A DNA stretch of 64,000 nt from Minisyncoccota bacterium (GCA_003487265.1 DNEP01000006.1:3276-67275); one strand, 5' to 3'; positions 30,337 to 40,779 are shown, numbered from the stretch's first letter. Notes: a model not told the origin generated them from the letters alone. Program-made: numbers and translations.

Positions 30337-33300
30337 ATGTTTCCAAGTCCAGAAAGCGTTCGATATCCAGAGCAAAGTAAAATACTTGCGCTGAGGAATT
30401 CAAATTTTACTCTCGAAGATATTAACGAGATCGTTGAACTTTCAAGATATATACAAAATCCTGCCATTCCCTACAATGCTGACCAATCGGAAAGAATTGC
30501 ACAGCTAATTACACAATGGAGAACGGGACACCCAGCGCCTACTACAAGTTACGAGGCAACGGTAAATGAAATCTTTGATCTTCTTGAGTATTACTTATCA
30601 CAAAAATCCGTACCCCAGCCTTCAGAAACTGCGCCTGAGCTTGAACCCCAAACTGATAGCGAGCATCTTGGTTCAGTAGAAATAGATGGTGTGAGACTTA
30701 CCCGAGAAGAATATTTTCTCTATCTTGAATCAGTGGGATTCGTAAACAAAAAATTCCGAGATGATAATTCTAAAACATCAGAAGCCTATAATAATGAACT
30801 TTCTGCGTTATATCAATCAGTAAATAAGGTATTGAGTTTTTGGAAAGTGATCGCTTCCCAAGGACCAAATCAGTTTTTAGAAGCAAGTATCGCTCAATTG
30901 GAGAAAGTTTTACATCAGTTCGAGAACACAAAAAAAGAAACTCCTCCAGACAGCGAGGAGAGAAGGCGTCAACTTGTTCATGATATTGTTGCGAACATTA
31001 ATTCGAGAATTGGGGATGAAAAGTACAAGCTTGACTATTCCGCTCTCCGATTTGATCAACAGGAGGGGTTAAATAAGAATGAGCAAACTTTCCTCCATAA
31101 TTTTTTCCGTTTTTTGTTTATGGATGTGTTCAATGAGCGTATTTTAAATAATCCAATTAAGGATGAAAATGGATATCCAAAACTACATTCCGATGTGAAT
31201 TTGTATGATATTACGATTGCAATGGTTGTGGGTATGGATGGAGAAGAATCGACATATTCATTATTAAAATTACTTGATAACATTTTCCCAACAAACATCA
31301 TAAGATCAGCGTTTGAAGAAAAGAATTCGGGGACGTTTGGCAATCGTTTGCTATTCATGCATAAATTACTTTCAATGGAAAGAAAAATTAATAGCATTCC
31401 TTTTACATTTGATTATTTCAAAAAGATGTTTGGGTCTACGAATTTAGGTGGAATACTTGATGATCCGACATCGAATAGTTACTCGCATTATTATCGAAAA
31501 TTTCTGATGAGAGCAATGAATAGACCCGTACTAACAAAAGGCTCTCCTGCATTTTTTGCTGAGCCAGATGAGATGAAAACTTTTAAAGAACATTTAGGGG
31601 AAAAGGATGATTTTTATCTTGGTGTGTTCATTGATTATTTTTCAAATCATCTTGAAGCACATACCGCAATGACAATTCAAAAATATCTTGCACAGGGAAG
31701 ACTTGATCTAATTGAAAACTATCTTGATGACCAAAAATCGACAAATAAAGGGAAATATCGAAAATTTATTACGCCAATAAAACAGAGATTAAATGAAATC
31801 ATCGATGCTCTTCCAGAAGAATACGATAAGAAATACATTAAGGAGCTAGCCAAATGGGCTTTTGTTTTCGCATCATACAGATGGTCATGTAATTTGGGTA
31901 AATTGAGGGCAGACCCTGCAGCAATTCTCGGGGATGAATGGGGACGTGTTAATCATGGATACATGGAATACAAAATGAAAGAAGACGCAAACCGAACGAA
32001 GCGCGCAAGAAGAACGATGAAAAACTTGTTATACGCCCCACTCATTTCATTAGAGCAATATCTCGGAGTTAAAGTTAAGCTTCCCATTTCGTGTATAGAA
32101 CTAGTATATCCTCAAGAATATGATGAAGAAACAAGAAAAGATCTTCGTAAGAAATTTCATAAAAAAGTGTATCACGAACAGACAAAAACGACTACCGATT
32201 TTACTGATGAACGAATTCTTAAACACACAATAGGAATACGCTTTAATCCAGACAAACTTCCAAAAGACTTTGATCCTGTGCTGATGAATGTATACAAAAA
32301 CATGAACCGTAAATTGATCATTCTGCACAAATACGATTTTTCCGAAACACAAGAAGCAGGAATCGTTAAAAATGTGGACACTCAGAGAGCTCGATTGAGC
32401 GCATGCGAAAAGATTCAAAGTGGATCGCTTGTTAAGATACTGGAGAATCCAAACATATCAAGAAAAGAAATATCTGAGATTGTTACTTTATTGCGAGTCA
32501 TTACCGAGATTGAATCCAGCAATCCTATCTTCAACGAAATAAAGAAATCACTTCAAGAGAAAATTTCAGAGATTCAGCGTGGAACTCCCAGTTCATATCC
32601 GAAATTAAGTGATTTGTTGAAAGAACTTGCTCGCACGCCACAAGCAACAGAAGTTTTGTATGCTGAAATTGTATCAAAAGAAACAAGATTACATTTTACG
32701 CAAAGTGAAAACAATCTTCCTGCCCATTTAACCGAAACACTCGCAGTTGCGGAAACAGTATCTATGGGTATTCCAAGGGAATGGGTAATTTGGGAATCCA
32801 TGAACGATAACGCGACGAAAATTTATTCAGAGGCTATGGAATATGTGGCGGCGTTTGCAAAAATGATGTTGTATACAGACCACAGTCCTTTTCCCGATCC
32901 ATCGGTAATGTTGGGGAAGGTTTCTTTAAAAAAGACCGCCTTACAAGCGTGGACAAGCGAAAAAGTTCAAGAATATGTGCATTTTACTGACGAGTGGATT
33001 AAACGTGCATCAATTCAAATCAGTGGGATTAATACTGAGGAAACGAAGAAAAAAATTGAAGAATTCAGCAAAGAACTCGAGTTACGATATACCTGCGCAC
33101 CTATTACGAACAATGAACTTGCATTGAAGACTACGGTTGAAGGAAAAAATCCAGATGACGGAGATGGTCTTGCATATATCATTCAAAATTTGGGGCAATA
33201 TTTCTCGACGGCGTTACTTGCCGGACAGCCGGAAGATGGTGACAAACGACTTTCCTTCTTTATGGATATGTTTAGGGGTGGACATGATCTAAAAATCCGT

Positions 33301-33846
33301 CAAGAATTTCAAGAATTTGTTCGCAATGTGAATAAAAAATCAAAAATGAAACTAGGTGAATATAATTTTTTTACTGCTATCGTGATGTCGTTATTCGAGC
33401 TGTATTTGGATGATTTTGAACCAGACAGAAAAGATGATGAGTTTAATTCAAAAGAACTGTCACATATCGCATTAGCACTTGCTGATCCAAAAAATAAACA
33501 AATAGTGGAATCAGTCATTCCTTTGTTAAAACGAATATCGGAGGCTGGAGAGCAGAAAATTACCGAAAAATCCTTAATTCTTGGGCCAAAGGAGCGCGTT
33601 TTTGTTCGAAAGCTGTATCAAAGAATTATTCAAGAATTACACCTCTTTTTTAGTACGAAAGGTTCCCAAGCGGATATGCCTTCTCAGTTTGTGAAGGATC
33701 CTGTAAATGATGTTATATATCTATCTCCTTCCTATTTGGATCAAGAGCTTCGTTCACGAAGAATTATTGGGACAATTCAATACTTCAAAGATTCGTTATA
33801 TGAAAAACCACTCCACTCAGAAGAAAAAGACGGAAAAGGACATTAG
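30337..33846 (+). CDS. Very large hypothetical protein (1169 aa), predicted cytoplasmic
   Basis: Long uninterrupted ORF with good coding character, no signal peptide or TM, and no recognisable motif. Confidence 0.45.
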   Translation: MFPSPESVRYPEQSKILALRNSNFTLEDINEIVELSRYIQNPAIPYNADQSERIAQLITQWRTGHPAPTTSYEATVNEIFDLLEYYLSQKSVPQPSETAPELEPQTDSEHLGSVEIDGVRLTREEYFLYLESVGFVNKKFRDDNSKTSEAYNNELSALYQSVNKVLSFWKVIASQGPNQFLEASIAQLEKVLHQFENTKKETPPDSEERRRQLVHDIVANINSRIGDEKYKLDYSALRFDQQEGLNKNEQTFLHNFFRFLFMDVFNERILNNPIKDENGYPKLHSDVNLYDITIAMVVGMDGEESTYSLLKLLDNIFPTNIIRSAFEEKNSGTFGNRLLFMHKLLSMERKINSIPFTFDYFKKMFGSTNLGGILDDPTSNSYSHYYRKFLMRAMNRPVLTKGSPAFFAEPDEMKTFKEHLGEKDDFYLGVFIDYFSNHLEAHTAMTIQKYLAQGRLDLIENYLDDQKSTNKGKYRKFITPIKQRLNEIIDALPEEYDKKYIKELAKWAFVFASYRWSCNLGKLRADPAAILGDEWGRVNHGYMEYKMKEDANRTKRARRTMKNLLYAPLISLEQYLGVKVKLPISCIELVYPQEYDEETRKDLRKKFHKKVYHEQTKTTTDFTDERILKHTIGIRFNPDKLPKDFDPVLMNVYKNMNRKLIILHKYDFSETQEAGIVKNVDTQRARLSACEKIQSGSLVKILENPNISRKEISEIVTLLRVITEIESSNPIFNEIKKSLQEKISEIQRGTPSSYPKLSDLLKELARTPQATEVLYAEIVSKETRLHFTQSENNLPAHLTETLAVAETVSMGIPREWVIWESMNDNATKIYSEAMEYVAAFAKMMLYTDHSPFPDPSVMLGKVSLKKTALQAWTSEKVQEYVHFTDEWIKRASIQISGINTEETKKKIEEFSKELELRYTCAPITNNELALKTTVEGKNPDDGDGLAYIIQNLGQYFSTALLAGQPEDGDKRLSFFMDMFRGGHDLKIRQEFQEFVRNVNKKSKMKLGEYNFFTAIVMSLFELYLDDFEPDRKDDEFNSKELSHIALALADPKNKQIVESVIPLLKRISEAGEQKITEKSLILGPKERVFVRKLYQRIIQELHLFFSTKGSQADMPSQFVKDPVNDVIYLSPSYLDQELRSRRIIGTIQYFKDSLYEKPLHSEEKDGKGH

Positions 33847-33898
33847 TATCATCCGTTAACTACGTGTTTGCAAAGATTTTATTATCGAATTGCTTGTG

Positions 33899-35548
33899 CT
33901 ATTTCAGATCTTCAATTGGAATATCTGCGTAGCCCTCTGGGAATGAAGTTTGTGGTGCGTCAGTGTATGTATTTTCAACTCCAGAGCTTGTCTTCGATTG
34001 AAGATTCTTTTCCTGTAATCCTTTATAAACGCGAGTTCCATACTTCCCACCTCCCATAAACACACCATCTTTCATCCATCCTGGGGTGGACTTCACAAAC
34101 TTCGTTCCACCTGCCAGACCGCCGGCGCCGGGGATTCTGCTCCATTCCATGCCGGGAATAATCTTGTCGCCTTCCCAACCTTTAGTCAAATTCTTCTGAA
34201 TTTCTGGGATGTATTTTTCAAAGAAGCCTTCTTTGGCTCCGGACATTTCCTTTGCGATCTTGATGGAGGAGGGGAGCATCATGAGAATTCCGAGTGCGAT
34301 CAGCGCTTGGGTGGCTCGCACGGCCTCCTGTGTGGAGGCGTTTCTTCCATCTGAAATCAGTGGGGGCATAAATCCACCAGATGTTGATTGATATCCGATA
34401 TCGCCTTTTCCAAATCCTCCAAGTGTCATCGCGAGTAACAGCATCACGAGTACGACGGGGAATGGGAGAAGGCGACCGATCATATTCTTGATCCACTGCA
34501 TAAACCCACCCCCTTGCTCGAGAAGCGTGTTCAGCGCAAGCTCGATTGGTGAAAAAATCAAAGAAACAAGAAAACCAACATACGACTTTACCAGTTCAAA
34601 CCACGTTTGAATGACAACAAACAGCAACGCAATGGAAAGGACAACATTCATCAAAATATTTGAGGTGAGCGAAAGCGCAGAAGAAAACCATTTAATCACT
34701 TCTGGCCCAGAAAGGACGCCGTCGACCATATCACCAACGCCGCTACCAATTGTTTGAATCATGGATCCGTTTGTGCCGCCACCATTCCATACCGCTCCCC
34801 AACCGATTGCGAAGATGCTTTGCGAAAATGCGATCTCGGTTAAGGAGACTTCGACTCCGCCGATTTTTGGATTGTTCATCAAACCAGAAAAGATTCCAAC
34901 AAATAAGTACATCGTCACGTACATCAAATCAACAATTAATCCGGCAATGGCGTAGGAAAAAGTTACAATGATCAAGCTGACAACAACGCGCGGGATTGCG
35001 GTTGCAACGGTCATCACGGCTTGGCCGCCGAGTTTTTGGCGGAAAATAATCGCAAACCCAATCACCACAAAAAATAATGCATAAAATCCGTATGCGACGT
35101 TCAAAAATGTTTTCCAGATTGGAAGAATGGGGGTGAGACTCGCAAAACCAACGCCTCCCACACTTTGTGCGTACGCGGGAGGTGCAAACTTTGAGTGTTG
35201 CGCTAAATCTTGAACGTATTGGCCAACGCCCGCGGGGGGAGTGCGATACATAAACGCAATTGCCCGACCAAATCCAGAAATCGCGCTGTCCTTTGATCCA
35301 CCAGTCGTGTTTGCAATTGAGGCCATATCAAGTAAGAATCCGGTTTTACGCCAACACTCCATAGAAAGGGAGCCTGTTTGCTGACAATGATCATATGCAG
35401 ACTCAGCTGAGTCCATCGTGGGAAAATTGTATTTTTCATCTTCTTGTGCGTATGTTGTTGGAACAGAAACAATAAGTGACAGGAGAATGCCCGAAAAAAA
35501 GATCGCTCCCATTGTAAACACACTAATAAATCGGCGCATACTCACCAT
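33899..35548 (-). CDS. Polytopic membrane protein, VirB6/TrbL-like candidate
   Basis: 549 aa. A signal-peptide-like N-terminus is followed by a periplasmic segment and then 6 or more TM helices rich in G/A/I/L/V ('VMTVATAIPRVVVSLIIVTFSYAIAGLIVDLMYV...'). This is the VirB6/TrbL-type topology. Confidence 0.45.
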   Translation of the reverse strand: MVSMRRFISVFTMGAIFFSGILLSLIVSVPTTYAQEDEKYNFPTMDSAESAYDHCQQTGSLSMECWRKTGFLLDMASIANTTGGSKDSAISGFGRAIAFMYRTPPAGVGQYVQDLAQHSKFAPPAYAQSVGGVGFASLTPILPIWKTFLNVAYGFYALFFVVIGFAIIFRQKLGGQAVMTVATAIPRVVVSLIIVTFSYAIAGLIVDLMYVTMYLFVGIFSGLMNNPKIGGVEVSLTEIAFSQSIFAIGWGAVWNGGGTNGSMIQTIGSGVGDMVDGVLSGPEVIKWFSSALSLTSNILMNVVLSIALLFVVIQTWFELVKSYVGFLVSLIFSPIELALNTLLEQGGGFMQWIKNMIGRLLPFPVVLVMLLLAMTLGGFGKGDIGYQSTSGGFMPPLISDGRNASTQEAVRATQALIALGILMMLPSSIKIAKEMSGAKEGFFEKYIPEIQKNLTKGWEGDKIIPGMEWSRIPGAGGLAGGTKFVKSTPGWMKDGVFMGGGKYGTRVYKGLQEKNLQSKTSSGVENTYTDAPQTSFPEGYADIPIEDLK

Positions 35549-35627
35549 AATGGTTGTATTGTATCGTGTATCGCGATCTCAAACAAGAACGCGGAAAACA
35601 GTTCGCTGGAAATGATAGAATATCGAT

Positions 35628-38228
35628 ATGCGCACGCGAGGTATTTTGTTGATGATTGTCTCTTCGAGTTTTCTTGTTGTAATGGCGTTTTTTCGTCTTT
35701 CTTTTCCATATTCCGCGCATGCGGTGGTCGAAAAATCCATTCCGTTTATTTTTCCTGGGCCCGATGATGCGTTTTTGAACTGTTCTGGTGATAAAGAAGA
35801 ATGTTTTCGAGAGTCCGCCTCACAGTACATTATGACGTGCTCTCCAGAAATCAAGTTGCAGGCGCAGGTTGATCCTGAAAAAATCAATGAACCTATTATG
35901 ATTGACGGAACAGCAACAACACTTGCGGAATATTGTGGAACTGATCCAGAAAATGCAAACTGCGTGTTCAATCCCGTAAGTGGATCGGTGACAAGTCTTG
36001 TACCGAAGTCCGCGAATACCTCACTGTATCGCACAACACAATCTTCGGGGAAGGTACTGAAGGGGAGAACGGAAAGTCTGGAAGGTTTTTTGGCGGGAGA
36101 TGCGGATCCCGAAACGATATTTGATGCAGGTCCATCAAGAAAAATCCAAACCGTGCAACAAAACTGTTCACAGAGTATTCGCTATCTTCTTGCGGTTGAA
36201 TCACTTTGCCGAGAAGAAACGCAGCAAGGCGAGTTTTCCCCAGGGTTCCAGACGCAAAGCGTTATTGATCAATTTTTGAATCAATTTAGTCAGCAGTTCC
36301 AAGGGTGTTCACTTAACGAAAAGATTGGAGATACTTCGTACGCTGAGTTGTTGAGCGCTGTTCGAGAGCGAGCCGGCGGTGAAGGAAAAGAGGAGTTGTA
36401 TTGTCGTTTACCCGAATACCTCGATCCCGACTCTGCGGCAAATAATGACTTGGGAAAGAAGCAGGAATACATTGATAGAGCAAGCAAAATAGACAGTCTG
36501 CGCCCAATCTTGGATCGCGCGTTTTCAAAAGGATACTTGGCAATCGCCAATCAAAAAGGAACGGTGTATTCGGTGATTCCCGTGCTAATTCCTTCGAGTT
36601 TGGGATTGTATGAACAAAACTTTCCCGTGCTTTCTGGTTCAAACAATGTCGGGTTTAATGGACCGCTTCGACAATTAATGAGTATGTATATTACTCAAAG
36701 TCAACTGATGGCGATGCAAGACCAACAAAATCTTGCACAAGAAAAGATTGCGCAAACCATGCGTGCAATCGACAATGAACAACTTGATATAAGTGCGTCT
36801 CCGTACATTGATCCAAATTTTTGTTCAAATCCAAGTACCGACGCGCAAAAAATCGCGTGCCTTTTTGCAGACCGCATAAATGCTGGAATTGCCAACAATG
36901 AGTTTGAAGGACCGGATGGAAATACAACCTGTACATTTTCACCTACAAAAGCCGATGCGGAAACAGCAAAAAAACTGTATTCATCTACGAAGCCGAACTT
37001 TTTAACCACACTGTTTTCCTTTTTTTCACCACCCGATGAATCGTTTTCTGGCACACCTGTTGTATCGCAACCTCAGGTACAAAATGATTCCTCAATTCGT
37101 TCGTTTTTGCTTGTTCCATGCGCCGATTTTTGTTTGATTCGATATACAGAAAAAGCTTTGTTTGGTGCGATGGCGGACACAAACTATGCTTCAAACATCG
37201 AACAACACATCAAAGAAGGAAACTATAAAAGCAATGGCTTTTTGCGATTGTCTGGCATTGCTCCAAAGATCACCTCGTACGTATCCGAAAAAACTTTTCC
37301 TTCTGTTTCTGGATCTCCTGTAACAATTTCTGCGGAGATTGTGCCAACAGGAGACGCAAATCCGTTGATGTTTGGAGGATGGCTTGCTCAGTTGTTTTAT
37401 CTTTACACCGCGGGAGTGACCGCGGATGTAGATTCGCCAGCAAGAGCAGAAACATATCCCACACTTGAAACATACTGGACATCATTCAAAAGCGAATCAT
37501 CGCAGTCAACGGGGACATTTGAGTATTGTTCAGATTACAAAGATCCGAATGATGAAAATGCGTGGATCACTGTTGACGTTCCCACGATCCCAGAAATTAA
37601 ACAGCTCGCCTGTTCCACTGCAGAAAAATACAACGTTCCCGCCTCGATGCTTTGGGGAATATTTCAAATTGAGTCGGGATATGACAACACAAATGTGAGT
37701 TATATCAATATTGCATCGCGCCTCGATCCTGATGTAACAACCTACGCGTGTTCTTTGCAAACAGATGGAAGTTTTAAGCCATTAAATCTCATGGTCAACG
37801 ATTGTCGTGTGAATCTTCCCGAGTTTTTTCCAGATGCGAATCCTCCGCTTTCGGCGCTCCCCGCAAATGGCGAGTCAGAGTTTGTTCGGGGAAGAAATGT
37901 GTGCGAAATCGAAGTAGCGTTCGATGTGATTGCGCAAAGTCTTGCGACCTACAGTAAGGCGAAAACTTTCCAATATCCCGCAGGATCAGCGAAAGCGGGA
38001 ACGCCAAATTGGTACTGGTTGGCTGGTCAGTTTGGTGTTGGCGGAATTATTCAAGAATTTAAACAACAAGAAGAACCATACAAATGCGCCATCCCCGAAG
38101 GTGGTCCGTATGAAAAATGGGCGCATGTAAGCGGGTGTTATGAAAATCAACAAACGCTTTCTGGGGCAAATGTCGATTACTGTACTTGTTTAGTTGAAAA
38201 CTTCCCATTGGATTGTTCAAGTTTATAA
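35628..38228 (+). CDS. Secreted Cys-rich 866-aa protein with a lysozyme-like (SLT-type) motif
   Basis: N-terminal signal peptide 'ILLMIVSSSFLVVMAFFRLSFPYSAHA' and more than 25 Cys residues. The segment 'ASMLWGIFQIESGYDNTNVS' resembles the catalytic E-S block of lytic transglycosylases; this assignment is weak. Confidence 0.4.
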   Translation: MRTRGILLMIVSSSFLVVMAFFRLSFPYSAHAVVEKSIPFIFPGPDDAFLNCSGDKEECFRESASQYIMTCSPEIKLQAQVDPEKINEPIMIDGTATTLAEYCGTDPENANCVFNPVSGSVTSLVPKSANTSLYRTTQSSGKVLKGRTESLEGFLAGDADPETIFDAGPSRKIQTVQQNCSQSIRYLLAVESLCREETQQGEFSPGFQTQSVIDQFLNQFSQQFQGCSLNEKIGDTSYAELLSAVRERAGGEGKEELYCRLPEYLDPDSAANNDLGKKQEYIDRASKIDSLRPILDRAFSKGYLAIANQKGTVYSVIPVLIPSSLGLYEQNFPVLSGSNNVGFNGPLRQLMSMYITQSQLMAMQDQQNLAQEKIAQTMRAIDNEQLDISASPYIDPNFCSNPSTDAQKIACLFADRINAGIANNEFEGPDGNTTCTFSPTKADAETAKKLYSSTKPNFLTTLFSFFSPPDESFSGTPVVSQPQVQNDSSIRSFLLVPCADFCLIRYTEKALFGAMADTNYASNIEQHIKEGNYKSNGFLRLSGIAPKITSYVSEKTFPSVSGSPVTISAEIVPTGDANPLMFGGWLAQLFYLYTAGVTADVDSPARAETYPTLETYWTSFKSESSQSTGTFEYCSDYKDPNDENAWITVDVPTIPEIKQLACSTAEKYNVPASMLWGIFQIESGYDNTNVSYINIASRLDPDVTTYACSLQTDGSFKPLNLMVNDCRVNLPEFFPDANPPLSALPANGESEFVRGRNVCEIEVAFDVIAQSLATYSKAKTFQYPAGSAKAGTPNWYWLAGQFGVGGIIQEFKQQEEPYKCAIPEGGPYEKWAHVSGCYENQQTLSGANVDYCTCLVENFPLDCSSL

Positions 38229-38255
38229 CGACAATCGTTCGGAAGTGCGATGTTT

Positions 38256-38696
38256 TTACGGTTGATAAATAGTGAACTGCATGATCGAGGTGACGCCGGT
38301 AAAGTTCGACAAAAACAGCATAATCAACCACGAAGAAATGGCAACCAAAATTCCCAGTAGTGCGAAAGAAAGCGTTTTCTTTCCCGCCTCGGTCATTTTT
38401 GGGTTTCCCCCGCTAAGTAAAAAGGTGAATGCGCCAACAATTAACATAACAAATGATGATAATCCGACTGCCGTGACCGCAATGTTTAATACATTTCGCA
38501 CCACACATTCTAGTCCAGAAAGCGTGGGAATTTCGTATGTTGCTGGGCCGTTTCCTAAATCCATGGTGACTTGTTGAACGCAGCCTTTGGAGGCATTCCA
38601 TTCATTGAGCTTTGTCTGAGCGGAAATTGTTGCGGGTGTTACAAAAGAAACGGAACACAGAACGACGAACGCAATACACGAGGTGAGCAATTTCAT
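38256..38696 (-). CDS. Small two-TM membrane protein, paralog 1 of 7 (putative T4SS-type pilin family)
   Basis: Signal peptide, then a hydrophobic helix, the loop 'LSGGNPKMTEAGKK', and a second helix. This is the same architecture and loop motif as the six downstream paralogs. Confidence 0.5.
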   Translation of the reverse strand: MKLLTSCIAFVVLCSVSFVTPATISAQTKLNEWNASKGCVQQVTMDLGNGPATYEIPTLSGLECVVRNVLNIAVTAVGLSSFVMLIVGAFTFLLSGGNPKMTEAGKKTLSFALLGILVAISSWLIMLFLSNFTGVTSIMQFTIYQP

Positions 38697-38785
38697 ATGT
38701 GTAGTTTAACATACGAACGACCGCTTCTGCATTCGCAGAGATTCGCAAGATGTTTACTAAACCGATTCGAGTACCAATTTGAGTA

Positions 38786-38815
38786 CAAAAAGGCCCCGTT
38801 TTTCAAGCGGGGCCA
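38786..38815 (-). terminator. Rho-independent terminator after the paralog array
   Basis: On the minus strand the GC hairpin GGCCCCGC-(loop)-GCGGGGCC is followed by a T-run. It lies directly after the stop of the 38847-39188 gene. Confidence 0.6.
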
Positions 38816-38846
38816 AGGTTTTCAAAATGTATGAAGTGAGTGTGTA

Positions 38847-39188
38847 TTAGAACGGTCGTTTGATCTGATCGCCGAGGTGAAACACATCAATTCCAAAGAA
38901 GTACGCGACAACTTGCATGAGCGCATATGAAGATGCAACGATTGCGAGTCCGACCAAGGAAGCGGTGATTTTGTTTCGAGCGCTTTCGGTCTTGCTCTTG
39001 TCGCCACCGGACATAATCCACTCAATACCGCCAATAACAAGATATGCGAACACCAAAACAGCCGAGATTAACAAGGCCAAATTGAGAACACTTGTAAAAA
39101 GCAACCCAATATCCGTGATTTTTACGTTTCCATCATTGACTGGGTCAATGGTAATAGTTGGCTTTGCTTGTGCGAGAAGTGCGAGCAT
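38847..39188 (-). CDS. Small two-TM membrane protein, paralog 2
   Basis: '...VIGGIEWIMSGGDKSKTESARNKITASLVGLAIV...FFGIDVFHL' fits the shared family motif. Confidence 0.5.
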   Translation of the reverse strand: MLALLAQAKPTITIDPVNDGNVKITDIGLLFTSVLNLALLISAVLVFAYLVIGGIEWIMSGGDKSKTESARNKITASLVGLAIVASSYALMQVVAYFFGIDVFHLGDQIKRPF

Positions 39189-39270
39189 GTATTCCTCCTT
39201 AGACTATGTGTGCATTTTACCTTGTTTACGTGTTCGGTGCAAGCGGGCGGTGTTTCCCGCGGTTTCGCAT

Positions 39271-39669
39271 TTACAGTACGTAATATTTGTCTTTATCCCA
39301 ATCAACAGGTTTTAGTTGGTCTTGTTTAAGCGGTGTTTTCTCGTTTCCATCCTTTATTTTTTCTAAATTGACGATATTGAGTCCAAAATACCATTGAATA
39401 ATTGCAAAAATGGCGTACGCAGATGCGGTAACCGTGAGCCCAATAATGGCATTGGTGATCATTTGTTTTGCGCTGTCGAGCTTTCCTTTGTCTCCTCCTG
39501 CAAGAACCCACTGTAATCCACCGAAGACTAAATAGAAAAATGTTGCAATACCTGCAATTAACAACAGCGTTCCTGTTGCGGATCCAACGTACTTCCCCAA
39601 GTCAAAAATATTCACAACGGACCCTTCAACTTGCAGGCCTCCTAAAATATCAAGTCGTTGTGTGATCAT
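39271..39669 (-). CDS. Small two-TM membrane protein, paralog 3
   Basis: '...VFGGLQWVLAGGDKGKLDSAKQMITNAIIGLTV...YFGLNIVNL'. Confidence 0.5.
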   Translation of the reverse strand: MITQRLDILGGLQVEGSVVNIFDLGKYVGSATGTLLLIAGIATFFYLVFGGLQWVLAGGDKGKLDSAKQMITNAIIGLTVTASAYAIFAIIQWYFGLNIVNLEKIKDGNEKTPLKQDQLKPVDWDKDKYYVL

Positions 39670-39672
39670 ATC

Positions 39673-40029
39673 TTATTTCCCCAACAATCTTGGAAATACA
39701 GGTTGAAGTAGGCTTAATCCAAAGACGCTTTCCACAAACAACGCGATCGCTGCGACACCCGCCAACACCCCAAAACCGACGATGGACTGCATGATCATTG
39801 TCTTTGCGGAATCAATTTTCCCCTTGTCGCCTGCGGCACTCGTCCATTCCCACCCCGCGCGAAGCAAGTTAACAAGAACCATGATTCCACCAAGAACGAC
39901 CAGCGTTTGCCACAACACCGCAATATATGTGGTGAGTACAAGCGCAGAACTCGCAGTATCCTTCACCGTTTGAAGTTTTGTGGGAAGAACAGGATTTGTG
40001 ATCGCTGCTAAAAGCGTTGTGTTCATCAG
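39673..40029 (-). CDS. Small two-TM membrane protein, paralog 4
   Basis: '...LLRAGWEWTSAAGDKGKIDSAKTMIMQSIVGFGV...VFGLSLLQPV'. I moved the start to the second Met to give a 4-nt overlap with paralog 5. Confidence 0.5.
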   Translation of the reverse strand: MMNTTLLAAITNPVLPTKLQTVKDTASSALVLTTYIAVLWQTLVVLGGIMVLVNLLRAGWEWTSAAGDKGKIDSAKTMIMQSIVGFGVLAGVAAIALFVESVFGLSLLQPVFPRLLGK

Positions 40030-40424
40030 CATCCTCCCCAAATATTGTTCAAGATGAGGATGGGATTCAAGATATCTATTCCAAGAACCCCACCGACAAT
40101 CCCAATGATCGCCTGCGAAACAATCACGACCACAAGTCCAATCGCCCCGTTAATCATTGATTGTTTTGCTGTGTCGATCTTCCCTTTTTCGCCATTCGCG
40201 GTAATCCACGTGAGTCCCGCGAACACCATGTACACCAAGAACATAAGTCCGCCAAGTGCAGTGAAAAATCCAAGAAAAACAGAGATGAGTGTTTCAAGTG
40301 GTCCAGTTGCAACTGCAGAACAATCGCCACTGAAATTTGGGCTCAATTTTTCACTTGCGCTTTTCACAAATCCAGAGAGAGGATTTGTGCTTGCTTCTAG
40401 TGCTAGTAACTTCTGTAACATCAT
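40026..40424 (-). CDS. Small two-TM membrane protein, paralog 5
   Basis: '...VFAGLTWITANGEKGKIDTAKQSMINGAIGLVV...VLGIDILNPI'. Confidence 0.5.
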   Translation of the reverse strand: MMLQKLLALEASTNPLSGFVKSASEKLSPNFSGDCSAVATGPLETLISVFLGFFTALGGLMFLVYMVFAGLTWITANGEKGKIDTAKQSMINGAIGLVVVIVSQAIIGIVGGVLGIDILNPILILNNIWGGC

Positions 40425-40431
40425 TGTTTCC

Positions 40432-40770
40432 TTATGGCGTGACTAGTTTTGGATTGAGGAAGTACGTGGCGTTTCCAAACAACACCCATCCAATAATACC
40501 CATGATAATCGGTGCAGAGACTAACAACAACAACCCCAATATGCTCATGTTGAATTTTTGCATCACTTTTTCGTGTGTTTTTGTATCACCGTTCGAGGTG
40601 ATGTACTGAAATCCTGCGAATACAATGTTAAACAATGCGATTAAGCCACCTACGACTGAAACAAAGACCATCATATTATTGATGAATAGAATGATCTGTC
40701 CACTTGTCCCATAACCGTCTAACGGTGAAGGTTGTGTGATTGTTCCAAAAAATCCATATAGCATAGTCAT
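40432..40770 (-). CDS. Small two-TM membrane protein, paralog 6
   Basis: '...VFAGFQYITSNGDTKTHEKVMQKFNMSILGLLL...LFGNATYFLNP'. Confidence 0.5.
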   Translation of the reverse strand: MTMLYGFFGTITQPSPLDGYGTSGQIILFINNMMVFVSVVGGLIALFNIVFAGFQYITSNGDTKTHEKVMQKFNMSILGLLLLVSAPIIMGIIGWVLFGNATYFLNPKLVTP

Positions 40771-40779
40771 ATTGTACCA

